From a virus (lineage: Duplodnaviria; Caudoviricetes): a stretch of 64,000 bases of DNA. The stretch is taken from IMG/VR virus record IMGVR_UViG_3300044551_000092, positions 64,001 to 128,000 of that record. One strand, 5' to 3'. The position numbers and the translations under genes were made by a program. This document shows positions 27,969-38,500 of the stretch, one piece after another (positions within the stretch are counted from its first letter, which is position 1; every line of letters begins with the position of its first letter). The notes beneath the pieces are model-generated. The model did no database searches, was not told the DNA's origin, and worked only from the letters and a program-made list of their open reading frames with translations.

Positions 27969-28544
27969 ATGAAAGACGAAACGCTGATGCATGGCTTCAG
28001 TTATTACGAATTTATCAGTGGGCTTCAACAGCTATGGCAGCAGGCTGGTCATTTAGCGAAAATTTTTCGAAAAGATTCTGCGGATAATCTTCTTGAAGAA
28101 AATCTACCATGTATAGTCTATCATTTGATAGATCGTGTCCCTTTTCAAGGCAAGGGGGTTCGACCTGAGCGTCGGCCTCAGCGTAGGGGATACATAAACC
28201 ATCCGGATAATCCAGACAAATTCGTTGAGGTCTTTGGTCAGATGTTCTCAATGACGGTTGAGTTTACGGTTTGTTCGCTGAATGCCAATGAGGCGGACGA
28301 TTTAGTCGGCGAATTTGAAGATTTCATGTATCTCTATAACATGCATTTTCAAAATCAGCGAATTATTCAACTTAATTTTCTAAAACAACTGGAAGATAAG
28401 ATAGATACTCGCAATAGCAAGCGCGTGCATATGCGTCCTCTTCAGTTTGTTATTACTTACGAAAGACGATCACATAGAATCCTTAATCCAATTCAAAATT
28501 TGGGCGTTAAAGCTCAGATCTCTCACGATGAGAAGGAGGAATAA
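27969..28544 (+). CDS. tail terminator/completion protein
   Basis: PCIVY, VEFTVCS..EADDLV.EFEDFM; directly upstream of the sheath. Confidence 0.5.
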   Translation: MKDETLMHGFSYYEFISGLQQLWQQAGHLAKIFRKDSADNLLEENLPCIVYHLIDRVPFQGKGVRPERRPQRRGYINHPDNPDKFVEVFGQMFSMTVEFTVCSLNANEADDLVGEFEDFMYLYNMHFQNQRIIQLNFLKQLEDKIDTRNSKRVHMRPLQFVITYERRSHRILNPIQNLGVKAQISHDEKEE

Positions 28545-28549
28545 TAAAT

Positions 28550-31393
28550 ATGGTAGATCAACTTGTTGATCGTTATGAAAATCTGCCAGGCGTTAAGGTA
28601 GGATATGACGATAATAACTTGTATTCCGGACAGAATGTAGCCGTTGCTTCAACACAGTCCGTATTGGTCCTTGGCAGCGCTGTAGACGGTCCTGTCGGCC
28701 AACCGATTAGTGTGATTGAGATTGGTGGACCACAAGCGGCCGAAAGACTCTTTGGCGGCATGATGACAACCAAAATGGTCGATACAGGTGTGCCAAGTCA
28801 AGTCACAGGTGAAACGATTAAAAAGGCCGTTAAAGTCCCAAATCGTGGCAATCTAATTCGGAAGATGTATGAACTGATTGATGCCGGCTGTGATGATATT
28901 CGTTTGCTTCGTCTGGATGGGAAAAAAGCAAAAACGGAGCTTCAGGCGGAGGATGTTTCGGCAGCACTTAATCAGCCTCTGGGCAATGCCGCCGGCAATA
29001 AAGCCTTCGACGGTGAGCTTACAATGGAAGCCGACAGTACTCTTGCGACTGACCCGATTGAAAGTGTCATTGAACTTGATAAGGATGACAAAACCGTCCA
29101 TGAATTAACTGCGGATGAAATAAAGGCTCTCATCAAAAAAATCAATGATGAAGAAACACCTGTGAAAATTAGCTTTAATGAAAATCGAGTACTGCCTGGA
29201 CATAAGATTGAAGTAAAATTCAAATACAATAAACGAAATTATAAAGAAGTCCAAAACACGGATGAGGATGGCGTACTGACCCAGGATCCATCCAATACGC
29301 ATTATTATTCTAGCAGTCACAACCTATGGTCTGATAACATTCAAGCAGGCCATACGGTCAATGTTTTTGTTGGCAGTAACGCGATTCCACAGTTTAATGC
29401 CAATGGCGAGTTTTTATGGCGCATTGGCAAGGAAGATCTGTCAATTTCTGATCCTCTTCATGATATTTATACAAAGACTGAATATCAACAAGGAGGCATT
29501 CGCTTCACGACTGCGTATGACAGAGAAGTTGATGCGGGCACTTATCCGGCTCTGAGTAAAGATGTTGCCGTTCGCGCTGATTACTTCTACTACACAGAAG
29601 TTGCAATGGAAGGCGACAATAAATACGATATCCCCGGCGATGATACACAATATCCTCTGGACTATATTCCGACCTCAAGTGACTTCTCCGTTTATTACGA
29701 ATCAGCTGGCAAGAAAATAACGCTGCAAGTCATTGATGCCGATCATGCTGATGGGCAATATTCGATTCTTTATCCGGAAGCTGGATCGACGGAAAAAGTG
29801 AAAGTGGTTGTTAAGTCAGGAACAGTTCCGGTTGGTGTTCGACTGTTTGCAAGCTATAAAACTGCAAGTGGAGAAGAAAAAACACCTGTTTTAATTGTTG
29901 AGGGCTTGTATCCTGGTGAAGCCTATGGCTCATTAAAAGATACTTACGATTTAGATTCCTACACTGGGGTGAGCATTCTCGTACAGAATGACACCTCGGC
30001 CAGTAATAATCTTGGCTATCAAAAAATCATTACTTTTTACAAGCCGGAATCAAAACAATTAGCTATGAACGATCTCGTTTTGGAATACAAGACGAAAGAT
30101 CTTCCTGGCGTTGAAACGCTCCGTGAGTTCTGTAATTACGTGAATAACGACCCAAACAACAACATTGTCCATCTAAATGTTCCGGTGGGCGATGGCGATT
30201 GCAAATTGCAAGGGCTATTTGAAACACCTAAAGCAGTTAAACTGGGTCAGAAACGCAATACAGTTACCAGCGAATATGAATTTTACATCGACATGGATAA
30301 GAGTATTGACGATCCGGAAAGATTCCCTTGGCTTGGAAGCAATGGCTTTTTCAATACAAATGACCTAGCCAGTATGAAACACCTTTATGAAATTTTAGGC
30401 GGCATTTATGAAAAGACCGTGGATGACTATAAATTAGTGACTCCTGGTGTCTATCAGAACTTGGAGAACTATGCTGTTGATCGCATTTTCCTTGCCGAAG
30501 CTTTTCACAATTCGTCGATCGGTGAAAAACAGTTTGATGACGCAACTGGCAAGACAGTTCTCGTTGCCTCTGAAAATAAACGATTTTCTACGCAGTTGGC
30601 TCAGCATTGCGCTATTGTAACCGCGAAAACTTGGGAATGCACGGGTGTTATCGCGGTCCGGCCAGTCGAAGATGCTTCACTGCTTGGCGTTCAGAGTTAT
30701 ATCGATGAACTTTGCGCCGGAGGACAAAATGCTCATTATCTTTACGACCAGGCAACCAATGAACCAATATTAAACGACGATCAGCAAAAGGTTGATATTG
30801 GCGGTTATCTTGATGTGATTTATGGACCTGAAGTGGGCATGGAGAACAAGGACATTGGTACCTACTATACTTCTGGCGATGCTGCGTATACAGGCTTGAT
30901 TTCGAAGCTTGTTCCGACGACAGCGCCGACCAACCAGAAAGTGGTCGTTCAGGGACTGCGTTACATTCTGTCTGAGGCACAACATAACCAGCTTGCCGGC
31001 GCACACTATGTTACCTTCGATCGATTAGTCGCTATGAATGGCTCTGTCAGTTACATTGTTAAAACCGGTGTAACAGCTGCTGGCAGTAAATCAGACTACC
31101 AAAGACGGTCTACGGTAAATATCGTTCATAACATTGTTCAAGGAATCCGAATCGTTGCGACTCCGTTTATCGGTCAGCCTAATGGCCTTGCGCAGCAACA
31201 CTCGTTGGCCACCGCAATTCAAAGTTTCCTTGATGCTAAGAAAGAGGCCGGATATCTTCAAGACTTTGAATTTGAAGTTTATTCTGGCACACAAGATAAG
31301 ATTCGCGGAAACTCATTTATATCACTGATGCTTGTTCCAGCCTTTGAAACACAGAAGATCAGGACGAATGTCGGCCTTAGAGCCAGTCTCTAA
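28550..31393 (+). CDS. contractile tail sheath protein (947 aa)
   Basis: LPGV, VLGSAVDGPVGQP, AERLFG; C-terminal FIGQPN..LVPAFETQKI. Confidence 0.88.
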   Translation: MVDQLVDRYENLPGVKVGYDDNNLYSGQNVAVASTQSVLVLGSAVDGPVGQPISVIEIGGPQAAERLFGGMMTTKMVDTGVPSQVTGETIKKAVKVPNRGNLIRKMYELIDAGCDDIRLLRLDGKKAKTELQAEDVSAALNQPLGNAAGNKAFDGELTMEADSTLATDPIESVIELDKDDKTVHELTADEIKALIKKINDEETPVKISFNENRVLPGHKIEVKFKYNKRNYKEVQNTDEDGVLTQDPSNTHYYSSSHNLWSDNIQAGHTVNVFVGSNAIPQFNANGEFLWRIGKEDLSISDPLHDIYTKTEYQQGGIRFTTAYDREVDAGTYPALSKDVAVRADYFYYTEVAMEGDNKYDIPGDDTQYPLDYIPTSSDFSVYYESAGKKITLQVIDADHADGQYSILYPEAGSTEKVKVVVKSGTVPVGVRLFASYKTASGEEKTPVLIVEGLYPGEAYGSLKDTYDLDSYTGVSILVQNDTSASNNLGYQKIITFYKPESKQLAMNDLVLEYKTKDLPGVETLREFCNYVNNDPNNNIVHLNVPVGDGDCKLQGLFETPKAVKLGQKRNTVTSEYEFYIDMDKSIDDPERFPWLGSNGFFNTNDLASMKHLYEILGGIYEKTVDDYKLVTPGVYQNLENYAVDRIFLAEAFHNSSIGEKQFDDATGKTVLVASENKRFSTQLAQHCAIVTAKTWECTGVIAVRPVEDASLLGVQSYIDELCAGGQNAHYLYDQATNEPILNDDQQKVDIGGYLDVIYGPEVGMENKDIGTYYTSGDAAYTGLISKLVPTTAPTNQKVVVQGLRYILSEAQHNQLAGAHYVTFDRLVAMNGSVSYIVKTGVTAAGSKSDYQRRSTVNIVHNIVQGIRIVATPFIGQPNGLAQQHSLATAIQSFLDAKKEAGYLQDFEFEVYSGTQDKIRGNSFISLMLVPAFETQKIRTNVGLRASL

Positions 31394-31432
31394 AGTTTAA
31401 AAATAGAAAATTAAATTGAGGTGAATACGTCT

Positions 31433-32191
31433 ATGGTTGCACTTAACAATCAGGAAATGGTTAAAACCTTTTCTACTTATAGCGGTGCTGATATCGTTGC
31501 TTCATTTAACGGACGTATTATAGGTGAACTGCAAGGTATCACCTATCGGGTTCAGCGCGAAGTGGCGCCGGTTTATACAATGGGGTATGCAGACCCCCGG
31601 TCTTTTTCCCGCGGCAAACGTGGAATCACAGGAAGTTTAGTCTTCGTTCAATTCTCGCGGGATGCTTTATTGGACGAGATGAAAAAAGATTATCAAAACC
31701 TGCCTAAGCCGATGCTCTATCAATCCTATATTGCAAATGCTAATGGTCAGGGTTCTGGGGGCGCAACAGGTCTGGAAGATCAAATTCTAAATGGCCTGAA
31801 AGCAACTCGAAGTTCTGTTCCTGGCTATGGTATTGAAACTTGGGACGAGCGAATGACAGAACTCGGTTATGGAAAAACAGACAATTTCGATTCGACTCGA
31901 TTAACTGATTTCTTCGTTCCCGAATATGTTGATCAGCTCATGCCATTTAATGTCACCATTACAATGGCCAATGAATACGGAGCAATGGCTGGCCAGGAAA
32001 TTTATGGGGTTCAGCTTCTGAATGAGGAAAGTGGCTATTCAGTTGATGATGTTGTTCTTTCCAAAGCTTACACTTTCGTGGCTCGTAAGGTTAAGCCTGT
32101 TACTGAAAAAGAAAATCGTCGTTCTGCTGGACGTGCGAGTGGCAATGCGGTTGTTGACAATAAATCAATTGGCGGCGGCTACATTATCTAA
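31433..32191 (+). CDS. tail tube protein
   Basis: Follows the sheath; YSGADI..GELQGITY..PVYTMG..RGKRGITGSL. Confidence 0.75.
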   Translation: MVALNNQEMVKTFSTYSGADIVASFNGRIIGELQGITYRVQREVAPVYTMGYADPRSFSRGKRGITGSLVFVQFSRDALLDEMKKDYQNLPKPMLYQSYIANANGQGSGGATGLEDQILNGLKATRSSVPGYGIETWDERMTELGYGKTDNFDSTRLTDFFVPEYVDQLMPFNVTITMANEYGAMAGQEIYGVQLLNEESGYSVDDVVLSKAYTFVARKVKPVTEKENRRSAGRASGNAVVDNKSIGGGYII

Positions 32192-32207
32192 ATGCTTTCT
32201 AATTCTC

Positions 32208-32242
32208 AAGGGAATGGTAGATCACCTGCCATTCCTTTTTTT
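32208..32242 (+). terminator. intrinsic terminator after the tube gene
   Basis: aagggaatggtag-atcac-ctgccattcctt followed by a T-run. Confidence 0.75.
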
Positions 32243-32258
32243 AAAGGAGATCTTGTTG

Positions 32259-32906
32259 ATGCCTCTACCAAAAGATAATCTTTTATTCGGCTTTTCCACC
32301 AGATTGACAGACGAACAGAAAGTTTTCGTTGATGCAATTTTTGATTACAAAATGGTCTTTTGTAATGCCAAGAGCGGGAGCGGAAAAACAACGTTATCGG
32401 TGGCATGTGCGAAAATTTTAGAAAAACCATTGCTTTATCTTTTCTCTCCCGTCGAGGAGGGCAGGTTAGGTTTTTTACCAGGTGATTTGGAAGAAAAGAC
32501 CGATGAGTATCTCCAACCATTAAAAGATGCACTTTTAGAAATTAACGAGCTGCCGGATAAAGCAATTATCTCTAAAAAAAGACCGGAGAATAACAAAAAC
32601 GCATGGATCAAAGCCATGCCGCACGTTTATGCAAGAGGCATCAACATTAAAGATTCTGTCGTTATCATTGATGAAGCGCAGAATTGGACGCGTGGTGAAC
32701 TGAAAAAGGTACTGACTCGAATTCATGATTCCTGCAATGTGATTGTAATTGGTCACAGCGGTCAATGTGATCTTGATAAGCCAACAAGAAGTGGATTTAT
32801 TCCCTATCTTAAACATTATGAATCAGAACCATACTGTGCGGTCTGTACGCTTAGTCATAATTTTAGAGGCAAAATCTCATCTCACGCAGATGAACTGACG
32901 TGGTAA
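32259..32906 (+). CDS. phoH: PhoH-family ATPase
   Basis: AKSGSGKT, LGFLPGDLEEK, YARG, IIDEAQN, LTRI, GHSGQCDL; RBS aaggag. Confidence 0.9.
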   Translation: MPLPKDNLLFGFSTRLTDEQKVFVDAIFDYKMVFCNAKSGSGKTTLSVACAKILEKPLLYLFSPVEEGRLGFLPGDLEEKTDEYLQPLKDALLEINELPDKAIISKKRPENNKNAWIKAMPHVYARGINIKDSVVIIDEAQNWTRGELKKVLTRIHDSCNVIVIGHSGQCDLDKPTRSGFIPYLKHYESEPYCAVCTLSHNFRGKISSHADELTW

Positions 32907-32921
32907 TAAGAAGGTGAAAGT

Positions 32922-33419
32922 ATGTTTCCGGACAATAAAGGGCTCAGACGCGTTAATACCACATATTCGGGGACAGATATGGTCTGTACATTAAATATGC
33001 CAAATGAAGGCCCGATTGTATTCGGCGAGCTTTCAAGTTTGTCTTATTCAATCTTTAGAGAAAAAGTTCCAATACGAGCCCTTGGTCATATCAGCATGAA
33101 AGGTTATACCCGTGGTGCACGAACGATTACCGGTGTTCTAAATTTTAATCTTTTTGATGAAAGTATTGTCTATCGATGTATGAAATCACTTAGGGATCAA
33201 GGCTATCGTATCATCATGGATGAAATGCCACTTTTTGACATTACGATTAGTTTGGCCAATGAATACGGCAGCCGATCGATGATGACGCTTTACGGCGTTT
33301 CCACTTATACCGAAGGAATGTCTATGTCGATTGATAATATTACCACGCATGATGTATTTGAATTTTATGCTTTGGATATAGATCCTATTTCCAAGATACG
33401 TCAAACAAAACGGAGATGA
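32922..33419 (+). CDS. tail tube-like protein 2
   Basis: YSGTDM..GELSSLSY..RGARTITG..FDITISLANEYG, paralogous to the 31433 protein. Confidence 0.7.
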   Translation: MFPDNKGLRRVNTTYSGTDMVCTLNMPNEGPIVFGELSSLSYSIFREKVPIRALGHISMKGYTRGARTITGVLNFNLFDESIVYRCMKSLRDQGYRIIMDEMPLFDITISLANEYGSRSMMTLYGVSTYTEGMSMSIDNITTHDVFEFYALDIDPISKIRQTKRR

Positions 33420-33426
33420 GTTTTAT

Positions 33427-34209
33427 ATGCGTCGTATGATGGGCAACCACAATAATGCATCGACTGGTTTTCATCCAAATCCGCAGTTTGATACGTATCG
33501 ACGCCAAGATACTCGCGTTGAATATCAGCTATTCTCAAACGATTATTTTTCAAATGCTGATGTACATCTTTATTTTGGGAATATTTTTGTCGATGACATC
33601 ATTTCGCTAAATTTTACGCTTGAAGAACAGGTCCGACCCATTTATGGCTATCACTCCTATACGTATGATGCGGTTGCTAGGGGAAATCGGATAATAAGGG
33701 GTGAGTTTTCGATTAATTTTACTTCTGTCGGTTACCTGCAAGAAATTATTGAGAATGCAGATGCCATCGAATTTGCCTTATCCGATAAAGCCAAAAAACT
33801 GCCTGATATAGATTTGAAACACACTGATTTAACGATTGAAGATATTCTAAAAATTTATGGCAAAGAATCGTTCAATGAAATTGCAGATGCTTATGAAAAA
33901 GAGATATGGGGCGATGATTCAAAGACGACGTATTTAACCCCGGGTGCCTCAACTTATTTTCAGAGAACAACGCCATTTGGTTTTGATATTAAAATAAATT
34001 ATGGGGCCGTCAGTCAAACACTTGGGGCTCAATATCAAGGATTCTATAATAAAGCCCCCGTTCATCCAAACATCACTGTAGACCGAATAAATGGTGTTCA
34101 ATTAACGGGACTGCAAAAAAATATGAGTACGAGTGACCAAGGCCGCCCTTTAACAGAAACTTATTCTTTTATTGCTCAAGATTTAAATGGCAAAAGTACA
34201 ATGTATTAA
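33427..34209 (+). CDS. tail tube-like protein 3
   Basis: FSNADV..PIYGY..RGNRIIRGEF..ETYSFIA. Confidence 0.62.
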   Translation: MRRMMGNHNNASTGFHPNPQFDTYRRQDTRVEYQLFSNDYFSNADVHLYFGNIFVDDIISLNFTLEEQVRPIYGYHSYTYDAVARGNRIIRGEFSINFTSVGYLQEIIENADAIEFALSDKAKKLPDIDLKHTDLTIEDILKIYGKESFNEIADAYEKEIWGDDSKTTYLTPGASTYFQRTTPFGFDIKINYGAVSQTLGAQYQGFYNKAPVHPNITVDRINGVQLTGLQKNMSTSDQGRPLTETYSFIAQDLNGKSTMY

Positions 34210-34255
34210 CGTATAATAATCTTTAGATAAACCTTTAGAAAAGAGGAAATTTAAA

Positions 34256-34684
34256 TTGAAAAAAGAAACCAAACCATTAGAAAATCATAATAAAAAAAGT
34301 AGTGAAGAAACAGAAAATAAACATCTCGGCTTATATACAGATGAAGAATGGACAACACCGGTTTTTGAAGGAGGTCCCACACGACAAGAAATCGAAGAAT
34401 GGAAGAAAAAATATATGGCTGTTTATTTCACACCATTTGAAAATGAAAAATTTATATGGCGTCCATTAAAACGGCCTGAATATCGACAACTGATAGAGCA
34501 AAAAGAAATGGGAATCATGGACCGAGAAGAAGCAATTATGCAAGCGGTCATTCTATTCCCGCGAGACTTTGATATTAAAGAATACATTGCTAAAGGCGGA
34601 CGTGCAGGCGTGCCTTCACTTATTGCTGACATGGTGATGGATAAGTCAGGATTCACCGCACAGTCTGCTCCGATTGAGTTGTGA
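34256..34684 (+). CDS. tail assembly chaperone
   Basis: IEEWKKKY..FIWRPLKRPEY..AGVPSLIADMVMDKSGF; lies before the tape-measure-like gene. Confidence 0.65.
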   Translation: MKKETKPLENHNKKSSEETENKHLGLYTDEEWTTPVFEGGPTRQEIEEWKKKYMAVYFTPFENEKFIWRPLKRPEYRQLIEQKEMGIMDREEAIMQAVILFPRDFDIKEYIAKGGRAGVPSLIADMVMDKSGFTAQSAPIEL

Positions 34685-34690
34685 TATGCT

Positions 34691-35503
34691 GTGAAAGGAC
34701 CGGCTAAACGAACGATCAATAGTTGGAAGAAGAAGTACGAACATATTTATAAAGTTATATTTGAAAACAAAAATAAGGATTACTCGCAACTGTTTATTTT
34801 CCGTGTTCCAGGTCGTGAAGAGTGGAAACAGATCACATTTATTTATCGTGAAAATCCAATGAAGCTTCAAGAAAAAATGTGTAGCGTCTGCACTTTGTAT
34901 CCTAAAAATTTTGATTTTGAAAATGGATTGGCTGGTTATGCCGAAGTCTTAAATAATATCATTCTTCGAATCGGTGGTTATCAGGAAGGGCAGGCGAAAG
35001 AGGCCCTTGATGCATTCCGTCAAGAACTTGAATTTCAAGATTATCAATCAGACTGCTTAATTCATGAAGCTTTTCCTGAATATTCGATTGAAGAAATTCA
35101 AAAATGGACCAATCTTAAATTGACTTACTATTTGTCTCGTGCTGAATTTATATTAAAACAGTTGCGCGGAGTTCAAATTATCATTGAGGGCTCAGAAGAA
35201 GCGAAACAGATTCAAGCACAGCAGCAACAGGGATCACAGCAAAAGACCTATCAACATAACTTTAAAATGAACGATGTAAACAGCCCGCTGCTTCATGCAA
35301 AAAAACCTCAAAAATCAAAGAAAAATCCTAAAGAACAGTCTCAAACGATACGTAATGAAGAAGACCTCTTGAAGAAACTTGCAGAAAATGAAGCGATACA
35401 CGGTCGCAAGATTGCTCCACCAAGTACTCATTTTGATGAACTAGATCGTCAGGAAGCAAATTATGATGTTATTCACGATCGTCTTAAAGGCGATTTTGAC
35501 TAG
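34691..35503 (+). CDS. tail assembly chaperone paralogue with a C-terminal extension
   Basis: INSWKKKY..FIFRVPGREEW..AGYAEVL..IGGY aligns with the preceding gene. Confidence 0.6.
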   Translation: MKGPAKRTINSWKKKYEHIYKVIFENKNKDYSQLFIFRVPGREEWKQITFIYRENPMKLQEKMCSVCTLYPKNFDFENGLAGYAEVLNNIILRIGGYQEGQAKEALDAFRQELEFQDYQSDCLIHEAFPEYSIEEIQKWTNLKLTYYLSRAEFILKQLRGVQIIIEGSEEAKQIQAQQQQGSQQKTYQHNFKMNDVNSPLLHAKKPQKSKKNPKEQSQTIRNEEDLLKKLAENEAIHGRKIAPPSTHFDELDRQEANYDVIHDRLKGDFD

Positions 35504-35518
35504 AAAGAGTGATAAGCA

Positions 35519-38500
35519 ATGGATGATCTGATGGAAATCGTGAAGCCTGAAAATTATCAGGATAATCAGCGGTCATCGAAATATTATTTATATAACGAAG
35601 ATGAACGTGCGGAAATGCCGGTCTATCAGAAAATCGCTCTTGGAGCTATCGCTGGCGCCGGTCTGCTTGCATTTGGTCATCGGACTGGTGCAGTACATAA
35701 AATTGCCCGCTTTTTAGATCGTGATATTCATATATCAGCCAAGGCATGGAGAAGCACGATTAATCAGGAAAGTGGTTTATCAAAAAATCTAAACTGGAAA
35801 CGGTTTGATCAAACACGCCAACACTTTCTCAATGAACGAAAAAGACTTCTTGCAGCTTACGACAAAGAGAAAAATCCATTGAATCGTCGAGAATTTGATA
35901 TTCAAAATTATTTAAATCAACGAGAGCGATTGATTGGGTCTGAAGTAAATGACGAATTTACTGGTGAGATGGCACATGTAATGAACGAAGACTATCGTCT
36001 CCGAGCCATCATGCAGGAGATTCGTCAAAATGAAAAAATCAGTTCAGCAATGGCTGATCGCATCCAGGTCGCTCTTGGCAAGGGCGGGGTTGACGATCTT
36101 CGATTACGCGACGATGAGCATATTCGTTTTTTGTTGAACAATCAAAAGATTAATGACCATAAGATTGTTGATTGGGTCAATGCTTCTCGTCATAAATATC
36201 AGAATATCGATTTTCTAAAGAACGAAGAGTTAAATCCAGGCGGTGCCAATTTTGTTCGACAGATGCAAGAAAAAATGCGTGATTTTACAGCACATCAACT
36301 TCAATATTACAATAAGAAAAATGGTTGGATTAAAAGCCGTATTATCGGACATAAACAAGCAACAGTCGGGGATATACTTGAACTTCACAGACGGGGCGTC
36401 GTAAATATTGACACGCATTTACGAGCACAGATTCACGATGCATTGAAATATAATAAAAAATTTAGAGATACTGTTTTTGATCGGAACTTGTATATTAAGA
36501 CGCGAGGCGGCAAGCCGGCCGGCCTCATGGATTACAATGCTTATCACCGGATTGGCCAGAAGACAATGGAGTGGTGGTCTCATACGCTCCCAGGTGGTTT
36601 GCTCCATCTTCGAGACTTTATTAACAGTCATGAAGCACGTGAACAAGCAGCTTTCCGAATTATGAAACGTGAATCCATTCAACCGATGCTCAACGCGCAA
36701 ATGGGTCTTGCCAATAAAAACCCCTTACATCAGCCTGTTGTTTTTGCGATGGGGCGGTTTGTCCGTCTTTTTGATGACGGGGCAGTAAATCATCACACGG
36801 CGCTCAATATCTTAAACAAGAAACGAGAAATGTATTTAACATCATCTCGATTTGGTACGCTTCCTAAAATTGTTCGGTCGGCAGCAGGGCTTGAAACAAA
36901 GGATAAACGGAGAAATCTTTTTACCGAAACCTTTGACCTATTTAATCAGGGTCGGGATGCGGATTCCGTTGAAATGCTTCGAATGTTTACGAAATATACC
37001 GACCCGACATGGGAAAGAAATGTTGTTCGACGAGTACTAAGCTATGGCATTAAAAACAATAAAGAATTCTATGATATTCGTAAATATTTTAATCGCTATA
37101 CTTCTGGCTATACTCCTCGGACGTTAAATCGGATGAAAAAAATAATGCCCCAATATATTCAGGATTATGTGGAGCAAAATCAACTTAATTTTGGCGACTC
37201 AGAGGACTTAAAGAAACTTTTTGGCTACATGGGGAAGCATGTTTCGCAAAAAGAAAACCCAGATTTTTACCGGTTTCATCAAGAATATCTGAGGAATCCA
37301 AATAATATTTTGTCCTATCACCGTTCGCTTGGCAATGATAATCCGATCATTGGTGGCAATCTCAAGATCCAAACTGGCGAAGATATTATTCGGCAACAGG
37401 TCAGCCGTGAAATAACCAGGCAGATCATTAACCGTAATGCAATCAAGCTCGGCGATAAGCGGGCTTCACAGGTTTTATTTCGCAAGAAATTGGAATCCAT
37501 GCGCTTAAACGATGAACTATTGAAAGGCGACTTGGACAAATCCATTCGCGCTTACAATCAATATCTGTTTGAGGAAGCGGGGGCTGAACATTTCCGCCAT
37601 CCACAATCAAGTTATAAAAAAATTAATGAGTTATTCACCGGTTCGGAGAACATTAGTCGCCAGTTTCAAAAAGACATGCATCAAATGTATCGACAGACAA
37701 ATCCAATTTGGGAAGAATACTCACCAATCAAAAAACCGAATCCGATCGGTGATGACTATTTGGCTGTCAATCGATCTTTTAAAACAAGTGATCTGTTAGG
37801 ACGTACAAAAGAATTTTTTACGGATATCGGCGATAAGGCCAAGCAGCTTGCGCTAACGACCGGCCGCCGAAACTTAGAAGATGTCACCACAATGTCCATC
37901 TTTGGTGGCTTTTATCCGGCATACCGATTACAGGAAGCGCTCGGGGCTGTCGGACTTGGCTTTTCAGATGAATCGCTCGGGTCACCGCTTTCTATCTGGT
38001 CTTCATTAATGCTTAAACGTATCCTTCCAATTTTTGGTGCGGTCGGCTTATATGGTTATGCCGATTATAAAATGCAACAGGATAGCGGGGCCGGCATTAC
38101 TGAACGATATGAGAACTATAAAGCAGATCGCCGAACCGAAGCAGCTCAAGCCCGTTATAAACTTGGACAGCAAGATAAATTAAAACACGAACTGCAACTG
38201 AAACCGGGTATCGATCAATTCAATGAGATGCCGAATGTTACATTGCCCATCATCGGAACCCGAGGCCCGGGAGACATTTTTAATACAATCGCTTCTCTGG
38301 TCTCCAGGACCCCTGTAACGGACTATCATAACGAAGATCGTATGAATGTCCAGGAGACAAAAGAAGACTTGACAAGCGGCGTTACACCCGTCAGAAAGGG
38401 CCGCTGGTGGGCCGCCGGATCACGAAGCGCTTATGTCGGCGATCGTATTCAGCAATTCAAACCGAATAGTTACCGATTAGCACATAGCGATTGGGAACAT

